DNA from: an uncultured bacterium
GTDB lineage: Bacteria > SAR324 > NAC60-12
DNA length: 23,408 bases
Assembly (NCBI GenBank): GCA_965662845.1
Contig: CBFIJD010000043.1
Span: 1 to 23,408 of the forward strand
Direction: 5' to 3'
Shown: piece by piece, positions 8,651-16,504 of the stretch
Numbering within the stretch: the stretch's first letter is position 1
Layout: the number at the start of each line of letters is the position of its first letter
Notes under the pieces: model-generated
Seen by the model: only the letters and a program-made list of their open reading frames with translations
What the model was told of the DNA's origin: nothing
The model's database searches: none
Translations under genes and position numbers: made by a program

Positions 8651-9970
8651 TTAATTGCTAGAGTCGGAGGCGGTTGGAGTGAGATTAGTGAGTGACAGCG
8701 CTTCGCCAAGCAAGTGAAAAGAACCAGCAATTACGAGGGTTCGTTGCGCCTCTTGAGCAGCTGTTTTCAAGGCTTCATGCACGTTCGCGCAGCACACAGC
8801 AGTCTGCTCACTTGGCAAATATTCTTTAATTGTTTGAGGACTTGCTGCCCGTGCCGACGAGAACTGAGTGCAAATTACGAGTTCTGCGCCATGCGCTATA
8901 TTTTGTAACGGAGCCAGAAGCTCGCTGCGTAATTTGTCTTGCGCAATGCCAATCATTAACCTGTAGCAGGAAATCTGCCACAGCGAAAGCCGTTGGTAGA
9001 GTGCCTGTAGCGCGTCTGCATTGTGCCCACCATCTAAAATCACATCTACAAAAACGTACTCCTCGCCATCAATACAAAAACTTAACGAGCGATGCCGGCT
9101 TTGCCTGCCGAGCAATGCGCATGAAAACGCGCTGTGAACTCTCTGGCTCCACTCTTGGGGATTGCTCGATGGCTCTACATATTCTGCGGCAAGTAGCGCC
9201 AATTTTCGGGAGTCCGGCTGCGGTACGGCTTCATCTGGGAGAGGAGCTTTCCATTTTTGCGATGGGTGGCTGAAGTCGTGAGGCAAGGTGCGGGGGAGGA
9301 GCGGCACATTCCTGCGGGCCGTTTGCTCAGCAAACCAAGGCTCTAGCTCGGCAGACTGGGGCGCCAGCAGTAACGGGATTTGCGCGCGGACAATGCCCAG
9401 CTTCTCCGCTGCAATTTCCAAGAGATTCTCCCCTAAAATCGCCTGATGGTCGATTCCAATGCGGGTGATGACGCTCAGCGCTTTGGGAGTGACATTGGTC
9501 GAGTCCGCGTTTCCTCCCAGTCCCGTCTCCAGAATGACCCAATCGCAGGCTTCGTGATGAAAAATGGACAGGGCAATCGCGGTTAATTGGTCAAAAAAAG
9601 AAGTCCACGGAGCGCGCTCGTGTCGAGCGATGGCCAACACCTCGCGAGCCTGTTGAGCGAACGTTGCGTGCGAAACACAGGTCTCATTGATTTGAATACG
9701 CTCGCGAATGTCGATGAGGTGCGGGGAAGTGTAACAGCCCACTTTCTTGCCGGTGCCACGGAGCAGATGGGCGAGAATCAGCGCGGTCGAGCCCTTGCCG
9801 TTTGTTCCAGCGATGTGAACAATCTGTAGGTGCTGCTCTGGCTGTCCGAGCTGGTCTAGCAGGTAGCGGATTCCGTCTAATTTGCTGATGTCACGAGCGC
9901 GTGCGGAGCGCTCGTAGTTGCCCCCATCCTCCAGTTCGTTGAGGATGAGAGCGTAATCAGGAGGGATCAA
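8651..9970 (-). CDS. folC: Bifunctional folylpolyglutamate/dihydrofolate synthase
   Basis: HIAGTNGKGST P-loop, YTSPHL, RERI, ETGLGG, DSTN, DHQAILG, DGGHN, GSFHLLG; TTG start 9 nt after the hflC stop. Confidence 0.9.
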   Translation of the reverse strand: MIPPDYALILNELEDGGNYERSARARDISKLDGIRYLLDQLGQPEQHLQIVHIAGTNGKGSTALILAHLLRGTGKKVGCYTSPHLIDIRERIQINETCVSHATFAQQAREVLAIARHERAPWTSFFDQLTAIALSIFHHEACDWVILETGLGGNADSTNVTPKALSVITRIGIDHQAILGENLLEIAAEKLGIVRAQIPLLLAPQSAELEPWFAEQTARRNVPLLPRTLPHDFSHPSQKWKAPLPDEAVPQPDSRKLALLAAEYVEPSSNPQEWSQRVHSAFSCALLGRQSRHRSLSFCIDGEEYVFVDVILDGGHNADALQALYQRLSLWQISCYRLMIGIAQDKLRSELLAPLQNIAHGAELVICTQFSSARAASPQTIKEYLPSEQTAVCCANVHEALKTAAQEAQRTLVIAGSFHLLGEALSLTNLTPTASDSSN

Positions 9971-9979
9971 GCGGTGCGC

Positions 9980-10882
9980 TTAGTTTGCGGCTGCGGCTGC
10001 GGAGGTGGTCGCGGGGAGAAGCGATCCTTCATCGCGCAGGAAGCGCAGGAAGGGGTGGTCGGAGCTAAGTAGCAGAGTCGTGTCTTCTTGAAAGGTCTGG
10101 CGGTATGCGTCATGGGAGCGCTGAAACGCGAAGAACTCAGGATCTTGCTTGTAAGCCTGAGCGTAGATGTCAATCGCGCGGGCTTCTGCCTGCCCACGAA
10201 TTTCTTCCGCGATGCGCCCAGCTTCTGCCAAAATCTTCGCGCGGTCTCTGTCGGCTGCCGATCGAATTTCCAGCGCCTGCTCCTCTCCTTCTGAGCGGTA
10301 GAGTTTGGCTTGTCGTCGGCGCTCTGCTTCCATGCGTCCGTAAACCGCGAGGCTGTTTGCTTCGGGCAGATCGGCCCGCTTAATGCGCACGTCCACGATT
10401 TCAATCCCGAAGCTCCTCGCCGATTCGCGTGAGTTGGCTGTGATCATTTCGCGGATCTCGCGTCGGTTGCCAGAGACAATCTCTACCAGTGTGTAACGCC
10501 CCAGCACTTCGCGAGTTTGCGAGTAGATGACGTCGTCTAGTCGCGACTGGGCGCCCACCAAAGTCCGCACCGTTTGATAGAACAGCAAGGGGTCGCTCAC
10601 ACGCCACTTTGAATAGGCATCGACGATCATTTCTTTCTTATCCTCTGTAAAGACCGAGCCCGGATCTGCATCGTAAGAAAGCAGTCGGCGATCCACGTAA
10701 AAGATTTTCGTCAGGAACGGCATTTTGAATTTGAGTCCTGGCTCCGTGTGCACGGTCACAGGGTCACCAAGCCGAATTTCGACAGCGTACTGCGTGCGAT
10801 CCACGATGAACGTCGAGAGGTAGAGAATCCCTGCGACAATCGCGGTGCCGATGACAACTAAGTTGAGGGAGGCTGATTTCAT
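9980..10882 (-). CDS. hflC: SPFH-domain FtsH protease modulator HflC
   Basis: N-terminal TM; PGLKFKMPF, TEDKKEMIVD, DPLLFY, DVRIKRADLP, RMEAER, RSEGEE, DPEFFAFQRS. Confidence 0.93.
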   Translation of the reverse strand: MKSASLNLVVIGTAIVAGILYLSTFIVDRTQYAVEIRLGDPVTVHTEPGLKFKMPFLTKIFYVDRRLLSYDADPGSVFTEDKKEMIVDAYSKWRVSDPLLFYQTVRTLVGAQSRLDDVIYSQTREVLGRYTLVEIVSGNRREIREMITANSRESARSFGIEIVDVRIKRADLPEANSLAVYGRMEAERRRQAKLYRSEGEEQALEIRSAADRDRAKILAEAGRIAEEIRGQAEARAIDIYAQAYKQDPEFFAFQRSHDAYRQTFQEDTTLLLSSDHPFLRFLRDEGSLLPATTSAAAAAN

Positions 10883-10987
10883 TGTACTTTTCAGGTGAGT
10901 GCGAGAGGAGGTTGCAAGATTTCGGCGGCTGAAGTCCGCTCAATGCCTGCAGAACGGGGAGCCATAACCGTTTGAAAAATTTATATT

Positions 10988-11016
10988 ATTCTCCAGAACC
11001 TATTCCTTGCAGTCAA
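10988..11016 (-). promoter_or_regulatory. Putative sigma70 promoter upstream of hflC
   Basis: Minus strand TTGACT (11016-11011), 17 nt, GAGAAT (10993-10988), followed by an AT-rich tract. Confidence 0.45.
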
Positions 11017-11087
11017 GCACAAAGGCCAGCAGGGAAGGTCTGAGGAGAGTGCGCACGCGGCTTGACGCCCTCAGTGAAGACACCCAC

Positions 11088-13010
11088 TCAGCTGGCAGAT
11101 CGTTGAGCTGGTGCAGATGGAGCGGCGGAGCGAGTCTTCAGATAGACACGCAGAACCGTGATGGCCGCAGGAGTGACCCCGCTCACGCGGCTGGCTTGCC
11201 CCAGCGTGGACGGTTGATGACGCAGCAGCAATTCTTGCACTTCGTTGGAGAGCCCTGGAATGTCACGATATTCCAGCGCTTCGGGCAAAAGGATGCGGTC
11301 TAGCTCGCGAATGTGCCGCAGCTCTTGCTCCTGCCGCTCCAGATATCCGGCATATTTGATCATGATCTCGGTCTGCTCTTGAGCCGCCGGTGAGAACTGC
11401 TCCCACGGAATGTGCGCCTCTAAAAATTTCAGCTGCTGCAACGTGTCCATCGAGTGTTGGGGACGCCGCAAGAGTTCCGCGACGGACACGGACTGCTTCA
11501 GTCCAACCTCTCCCTTCTCTTGCAGCTCTTGTTGGACCGTCGCCGTAGGCGTAACTCGTGTCTGTTCCAGCACATTGTGCAGCGCCACAATCTGGCGTTG
11601 CTTCTCTTGGAAGAGCCGATAATTTTCGGAGGAGAGCACGCCGAGTCGGTGCCCTTTTTCACTCAGCCGCAAATCGGCGTTGTCTTCACGCAATTGCAGG
11701 CGATATTCAGCCCGCGACGTAAACATTCGATACGGCTCCGTCACGCCTTTGGTGATGAGATCGTCAATCAACACCCCGATGTAAGCTTCGTCTCGTCCCA
11801 AGACAAATGGAGCTTCGTTACGGACTTTCAAGACGGCGTTGATGCCGGCCATCAAGCCCTGAGCGCCCGCCTCTTCGTATCCGGTGGTGCCGTTGATCTG
11901 TCCGGCTAAAAACAGATTTCTGACCGCTTTCAACTCTAGCGTTGGCCGAAGTTGTGTCGGATCCACGAAGTCATACTCGATGGCGTATCCAGGGCGCAAC
12001 ATCTCGACTTTTTCTAAGCCTTCCATCGTGCGGAAAAATGCGAGCTGCACGTCCGCCGGCAAACTGGTCGACAAGCCATTGGGATAGATCTCAAAGTTGT
12101 CCGACGCCAATCCTGTCGGTTCCATGAAGACTTGATGACGCTCCTTCTGCGCAAATTTGACAATTTTGTCTTCGATTGAAGGGCAATAGCGCGGCCCGAC
12201 GCCCTGGATGGCACCTCCATAGAGCGCGCTGCGCTGGAGATTTTCACGGATCACTTGGTGCGTGTTGGGGTTGGTGTAGGCAATGTGGCAAGGGACTTGG
12301 GGCAGCGAGACCTTCGATTCCCAGAACGAAAATTTACGAATCGGGTCGTCCCCCGGTTGTGTTGCCATGGGCGCCCAGTCGATGGTGCGCTTGTCTAACC
12401 GCGCTGGGGTGCCGGTTTTCAGGCGTCCCATCTTCAGGCGCTGCCCGGCGAGAGAGCGCGAGAGACGCTGCGCTGGAGGTTCGTGAATGCGCCCGGCCTC
12501 GATCCGTTCTTCGCCCCGATGGATCGTGCCATTCAGGAAGGTGCCGGTGGTCACTACGATCGTTTTGCCGAAGAACTCATCGGTCTCAGTGCGTACTCCA
12601 ATCACCTGATCTTGTCGAAAGATCAATTCTTGCGCGAGCCCCTCCGCGATGGTGAGCTGCGCGGTATTTTCCAAGATCCGACGCAGATACGCTTTGTACT
12701 CATACATCTCCGACTGGCACCTTGAACCTCGCGTCGCGGGCCCACGAGACGCATTGAGGACTCGAAATTGAATCCCGGTCGCGTCTGCGGCTTTCCCCAT
12801 TTCTCCGCCTAACGCGTCAATCTCTTTCACCAAATGGCCTTTGCCAATTCCCCCGATGGCAGGGTTACATGACATCTGTGCGATGGTGTCCCGCCGAATT
12901 GTGAGCAGCAGCGTCTCAGCCTTCATACGTGCTGCCGCGAGCGCGGCCTCGCAGCCAGCGTGTCCGGCACCGATCACAATGACATCAAAGTTGGTTGAGG
13001 GAGAGAGCAT
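11088..13010 (-). CDS. mnmG: tRNA uridine 5-carboxymethylaminomethyl modification enzyme MnmG (GidA)
   Basis: [70 protein letters not shown]; 640 aa. Confidence 0.98.
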   Translation of the reverse strand: MLSPSTNFDVIVIGAGHAGCEAALAAARMKAETLLLTIRRDTIAQMSCNPAIGGIGKGHLVKEIDALGGEMGKAADATGIQFRVLNASRGPATRGSRCQSEMYEYKAYLRRILENTAQLTIAEGLAQELIFRQDQVIGVRTETDEFFGKTIVVTTGTFLNGTIHRGEERIEAGRIHEPPAQRLSRSLAGQRLKMGRLKTGTPARLDKRTIDWAPMATQPGDDPIRKFSFWESKVSLPQVPCHIAYTNPNTHQVIRENLQRSALYGGAIQGVGPRYCPSIEDKIVKFAQKERHQVFMEPTGLASDNFEIYPNGLSTSLPADVQLAFFRTMEGLEKVEMLRPGYAIEYDFVDPTQLRPTLELKAVRNLFLAGQINGTTGYEEAGAQGLMAGINAVLKVRNEAPFVLGRDEAYIGVLIDDLITKGVTEPYRMFTSRAEYRLQLREDNADLRLSEKGHRLGVLSSENYRLFQEKQRQIVALHNVLEQTRVTPTATVQQELQEKGEVGLKQSVSVAELLRRPQHSMDTLQQLKFLEAHIPWEQFSPAAQEQTEIMIKYAGYLERQEQELRHIRELDRILLPEALEYRDIPGLSNEVQELLLRHQPSTLGQASRVSGVTPAAITVLRVYLKTRSAAPSAPAQRSAS

Positions 13011-13108
13011 TACGGCGTTCCTGCGGCAGAGGTTAGAGAGCGAAAAAAAAGCTTGCTTTTATACAAAAAACTCTCTGCTAGCGCCAGTGTTTTCGGCAGG
13101 TTGTAGTG

Positions 13109-13129
13109 TGGGGGAGAAGCCCTCCCCCA
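13109..13129 (-). other. GC-rich hairpin just downstream of the J-domain gene stop
   Basis: tgggggag-aagcc-ctccccca, perfect 8-bp stem; no U-tract on either strand, so a stabiliser or weak terminator. Confidence 0.5.
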
Positions 13130-13137
13130 GCGGCGGT

Positions 13138-14055
13138 TCAGTAACGGTAGCGGCTTTTTTGGAGGGAAATCGCATGGCGCAAATCTTCAACGTCCACATA
13201 CTCCAAGTGACGCAAGATCTGACCCAGCAACAGCGGGAAGCGCTTCTGTAGGAGCAGCGCAATCGCGAGCTGTTCCTCAGAGAGTTTGTGGTGACGCAGC
13301 AACACCCCACCAATGTGACTCAGCGAGTCTCCATTCGCATACAATGCGCGCATCGGGTTCGCAAAACGGCTCCAAACCGAGGAGTAGCGTTTGTGCAGCT
13401 TGCGTAAGATCCGCTCTCGGTTCGACGAATCTAGTTTTTCAAGGGAAGCAACTGCGGCGGCGACAATCTCAATCGAATCGTGATGCAAGGCTGCGAACAG
13501 ATGATCTTCCACCTGATTGTGCGGAGCTTGCCGAAAGGCGCGGAGCAGGGCGGCGATTTGCTCTGGTTCTTGCGCTTGCTTGAAAATGTCGAGCACCGCA
13601 TCCGTCGCGCGGGGATTGCGCTTCAGCAAGAGCGCTTCGGCGGCGATTTGTTGCACGTAGTGGTTGTTAGAATAACGAAGGCATTTGAGCAGCTCTTCCA
13701 CGCTCAGGCGAGAGGTTTGCAGGTCAACCGCGACTTGCGTAGCTCGGAAGCTCTGCTGCCCCCAGAAGTCGTGATTGCGATTGGAAGGGCGCTGCGTCGT
13801 ATAGCCCGATGCTCCGCGGGCGCTAGGAGAATGTGTCCGAGAGACTGTTTGCAGCGGCGGACGCTTGTGTTCCACGACATCCCGCAGTTGCTTGTAAGCC
13901 TCGGTGACTGCGTGAAATTTCCGAGGATTGCCTTGCCCCATCGCCGAGTCTGGATGGTAGCGCAAAACTGCCTGCCGATACGCTTGCTTCAACTCCTTGA
14001 GCGTGACGTCAGGAGAGACTCCCAATTCCAAATACGGGTTCAGCAGTGTGTTCAT
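13138..14055 (-). CDS. Class C J-domain protein with HEAT-like repeats and a C-terminal MshEN-like tandem motif
   Basis: NPYLELGV...LKQAYRQAVLRYHPD...FHAVTEAYKQL (J-domain, HPD intact); HEAT-like segments (LRYSNNHYVQQIAAEAL, LHHDSIEIVAAAVASLEKL); 24-5-24 MshEN-spaced C-terminus; GGAG RBS. Confidence 0.8.
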   Translation of the reverse strand: MNTLLNPYLELGVSPDVTLKELKQAYRQAVLRYHPDSAMGQGNPRKFHAVTEAYKQLRDVVEHKRPPLQTVSRTHSPSARGASGYTTQRPSNRNHDFWGQQSFRATQVAVDLQTSRLSVEELLKCLRYSNNHYVQQIAAEALLLKRNPRATDAVLDIFKQAQEPEQIAALLRAFRQAPHNQVEDHLFAALHHDSIEIVAAAVASLEKLDSSNRERILRKLHKRYSSVWSRFANPMRALYANGDSLSHIGGVLLRHHKLSEEQLAIALLLQKRFPLLLGQILRHLEYVDVEDLRHAISLQKSRYRY

Positions 14056-14172
14056 CGTGTCTCCACCTTAAAGAGGGTTACTCCATGTTTGCCTCAAACT
14101 ATTTTCAACGCTTGCTGCAAACGGTATGCAACAGCCGCCTTGAAAACGCAGCCATCCGGCAAACTTAATCAG

Positions 14173-14185
14173 AATCAGTGACTTA
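14173..14185 (+). promoter_or_regulatory. IHF-consensus site
   Basis: AATCAG-TGAC-TTA matches WATCARNNNNTTR, with an A/T-rich 5' flank (aaacttaatcag). Confidence 0.45.
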
Positions 14186-14437
14186 GCGATGAAATTCGCG
14201 ATTGAGGAATGAACGTGTGCAGAGACGGGGAGCTATCCAAGCAGTGGCGGACTCAAGTCCATGAGGCGACTCACAAATCAAAAGATGCGCGTCACTATGC
14301 AAGACTGAGACACTTCTTTGCAACAAGATCCGCATGAAAACCTCGGTCTGCGCTTGCAAAATCTCCCAAAGACTCTATCCTCCCGCGCCGTTCGTCTTCA
14401 TGCGCTCTGGCTGTGGGTTTCACGGTGCAAGAGTTTG

Positions 14438-14484
14438 TGGCAGGTTTTGCGCAAATGATTGAGAGGCATGGACTGATTTTAGCA
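14438..14484 (+). promoter_or_regulatory. Candidate sigma54 (-24/-12) promoter elements upstream of the fliN-like gene
   Basis: TGGCAGGTTTTGCGCA (14438-14453) and TGGACTGATTTTAGCA (14469-14484) both have GG-N10-GC spacing; each deviates from TGGCACGNNNNTTGCW elsewhere. Confidence 0.35.
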
Positions 14485-14572
14485 TTGCGTGGCCCACGAA
14501 ATCTTCTGATCAACTAACGATTTAGACTGAGTTCTCTCGGGTTACTACGCTTCAATCTAAACAAGGAATGGC

Positions 14573-15439
14573 ATGGCGGCGAACGACGAATTGAATCTGG
14601 ATGATTTAGATGGCGCAGACGATCTGAGCTTTGACGACTTGGATTTTGACAGTGATGCTGACGCGGACGCCGCAGAACTCGAATTTGACGCTGCTGAGCC
14701 GGATTCGGAAACCGGCGCTGCTGATGGCATGGGAATGGACGACGCTGAAGATGTCGATGATCAGTTGCTCGACACACTCAGTGAAGACGCCCCCGCCGAA
14801 GAACCCGCGTCGATGAGCACAGACGAAGATATGCAGTTTGATGTCGACGGGTCCGCAGATGATCTGCAAGAAATGTCTCTCGACACCGAGCCCGTTGGCG
14901 GGATGGACGACAACGAAGAGAATTCCGAAGAAGATCCTTTCGCCGACGATCTCGCTGGAGAAGAGGCTTCGACCTTTGCTGTAAACGAGGAAGACGAAGA
15001 AGACGGCGCCGACCCTTTCCTCACAGAGTCAGATCCTGATGAGGTCACTGCCGCCTCTGATGAAGTACCAATGAGCGCTCCTGAAGCCGTGGAAATCCCC
15101 GCCGAAGCTGTAGTCCCTGTGGCTGCCGCAGCAGTGGGAATGGCCTCAGCCATCGGAGGCGCTTCTGTTGAAACCCCTGCCCAAGTTACTGGAGGTACAC
15201 CCGTGGGAACCGAACTGCTGCTGAACGTGCATCACGAAGCGACCGTTGAAATTGCTCGCACCAAACTGACCGGAGAAGAAATCACTCAGCTCACCTATGG
15301 GAGTGTGATTGAGCTAGACAAAGCTGCGGGCGAACCCGTCGATGTCGTCCTCAACGGCAAGGTGGTCGCGCACGGAGAGATCGTAGTGATCAACAAAGAA
15401 CAACTCGGTGTGCGCATTATCGGCATTCACCAAGGATAA
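14573..15439 (+). CDS. FliN-like (SpoA-domain) flagellar switch protein with a long acidic low-complexity N-terminus
   Basis: C-terminal LLLNV...VEIARTKL...GSVIELDKAAGEPVDVVLNGKVVAHGEIVVI...LGVRI matches FliN; roughly the first 170 aa are D/E-rich; AAGGA RBS. Confidence 0.85.
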   Translation: MAANDELNLDDLDGADDLSFDDLDFDSDADADAAELEFDAAEPDSETGAADGMGMDDAEDVDDQLLDTLSEDAPAEEPASMSTDEDMQFDVDGSADDLQEMSLDTEPVGGMDDNEENSEEDPFADDLAGEEASTFAVNEEDEEDGADPFLTESDPDEVTAASDEVPMSAPEAVEIPAEAVVPVAAAAVGMASAIGGASVETPAQVTGGTPVGTELLLNVHHEATVEIARTKLTGEEITQLTYGSVIELDKAAGEPVDVVLNGKVVAHGEIVVINKEQLGVRIIGIHQG

Positions 15440-15447
15440 GGAGCGCT

Positions 15448-16416
15448 ATGATTTACTCGCCAGACGATGCGCCACAAGACATTGAAAATCACAACTACAT
15501 AGAAGCAGAGATCGAGACCGGGCGCTTCCGCTGGATGGATGTCGTGCTCCACCGCTGGGCAAACCAACTCGAGAGCACTCTCTTTGATCAACTGCACTCC
15601 GTGTTCGAGATCATCCCCGACCACGCTCGTTGGGAGCGCTTTGGCAAAGTGCTCGAGAACCTGCACGAACAGCCCATCTACATCTTTGAGACGGAAGGTC
15701 GTGGCAAAGGATTGCTCATTTTAGACAATCTGATGGCCAACGCTTGCATCGAGAGAGACCCGGACACTATCGAGCAGCTCGCGCCGCTGGAAGTCGATGA
15801 CTTGACCTCGGAGACCCAAAAAGAACTCTTCGATATCGTCTCGCAAATCATGCACGACTTTGAAGCCTGCTGGACTCGCATCGGCGAGGTTCAGGTTCAC
15901 CTGAAGCGGATTACCACGCACCCCATGCGCGCGAAAGTCATGCTCCCGTTCGAGCGCTGTCTGCTCGGAACGCTTCACTTCCGTATGGGCGCCTTTGAGA
16001 GCACGCTGACCATCTGCCTCCCTTATGCTGCGCTCCACCCGCTGCTGTCTAAGCTCGACGAAAAGAAGGTCATCGCCCCCGAGTCGATGGATCACTATCA
16101 CGACGAAATTGAAGAGTATTTCCAAGACATGCTCATGGAAGCGCGCTATTCCGTCACCGCTGAGTTGGGCACCGTCGCCCTGAAGGGAAGCGCCAATGAA
16201 AGCCTGCTCTATGAAGGCAAAATCTTACCTCTCAACACGCCCTATCCCAACAAAGTGATCGTACGAATCAATGACCACCCGATGTTGTTGGGGGACGCCG
16301 GAAACTCCAACGACAAGTTCTGTGTGCAGATCTCCGAACAGTTTGATGAACAGAAGCAAACCACGCAGTCTTCCCAAAAGACCTTCCGAAACCTAGAGTG
16401 GAAACCCCGCCTCTAA
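15448..16416 (+). CDS. Divergent FliM-like protein (CheC-like middle domain + SpoA domain)
   Basis: Colinear with FliM: GRFRWMDVVLHRWA, FEACW, TLTICLPYAALHPL, VTAELG, GKILPL, GDAGNSNDKFCVQI; AAGGAG RBS overlapping the upstream stop. Confidence 0.8.
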   Translation: MIYSPDDAPQDIENHNYIEAEIETGRFRWMDVVLHRWANQLESTLFDQLHSVFEIIPDHARWERFGKVLENLHEQPIYIFETEGRGKGLLILDNLMANACIERDPDTIEQLAPLEVDDLTSETQKELFDIVSQIMHDFEACWTRIGEVQVHLKRITTHPMRAKVMLPFERCLLGTLHFRMGAFESTLTICLPYAALHPLLSKLDEKKVIAPESMDHYHDEIEEYFQDMLMEARYSVTAELGTVALKGSANESLLYEGKILPLNTPYPNKVIVRINDHPMLLGDAGNSNDKFCVQISEQFDEQKQTTQSSQKTFRNLEWKPRL

Positions 16417-16428
16417 CTCCACAGTCTC

Positions 16429-16457
16429 AAACAAAAGGACTGCTGTCTCGGCAGTCC
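16429..16457 (-). terminator. Intrinsic terminator for the HAD-ybiU transcript
   Basis: Stem ggactgc/gcagtcc (16437-16457), followed on the minus strand by TTTTGTTT. Confidence 0.7.
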
Positions 16458-16504
16458 CTCGCCTCGTCCTCAATCTGCCACAACCTGCTCCAGCAGCACA
16501 TTCC

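Noticed and set aside
13480..14181. 233-aa plus-strand ORF
   Set aside because: Antisense shadow of the J-domain gene with no recognisable motifs.
14150..14210. c-di-GMP-I riboswitch suggested by GGCAAAC
   Set aside because: The following GNRA-capped stem and GCAAAG/receptor elements are not present.
14400..14462. 20-aa Cys-rich mini-ORF MRSGCGFHGARVCGRFCAND
   Set aside because: No RBS, overlaps candidate promoter elements, and such a length is expected by chance.
13011..14572. oriC next to mnmG (gidA)
   Set aside because: Only one near-match DnaA box (TTATACAAA at about 13059) and no box cluster or unwinding-element repeats.
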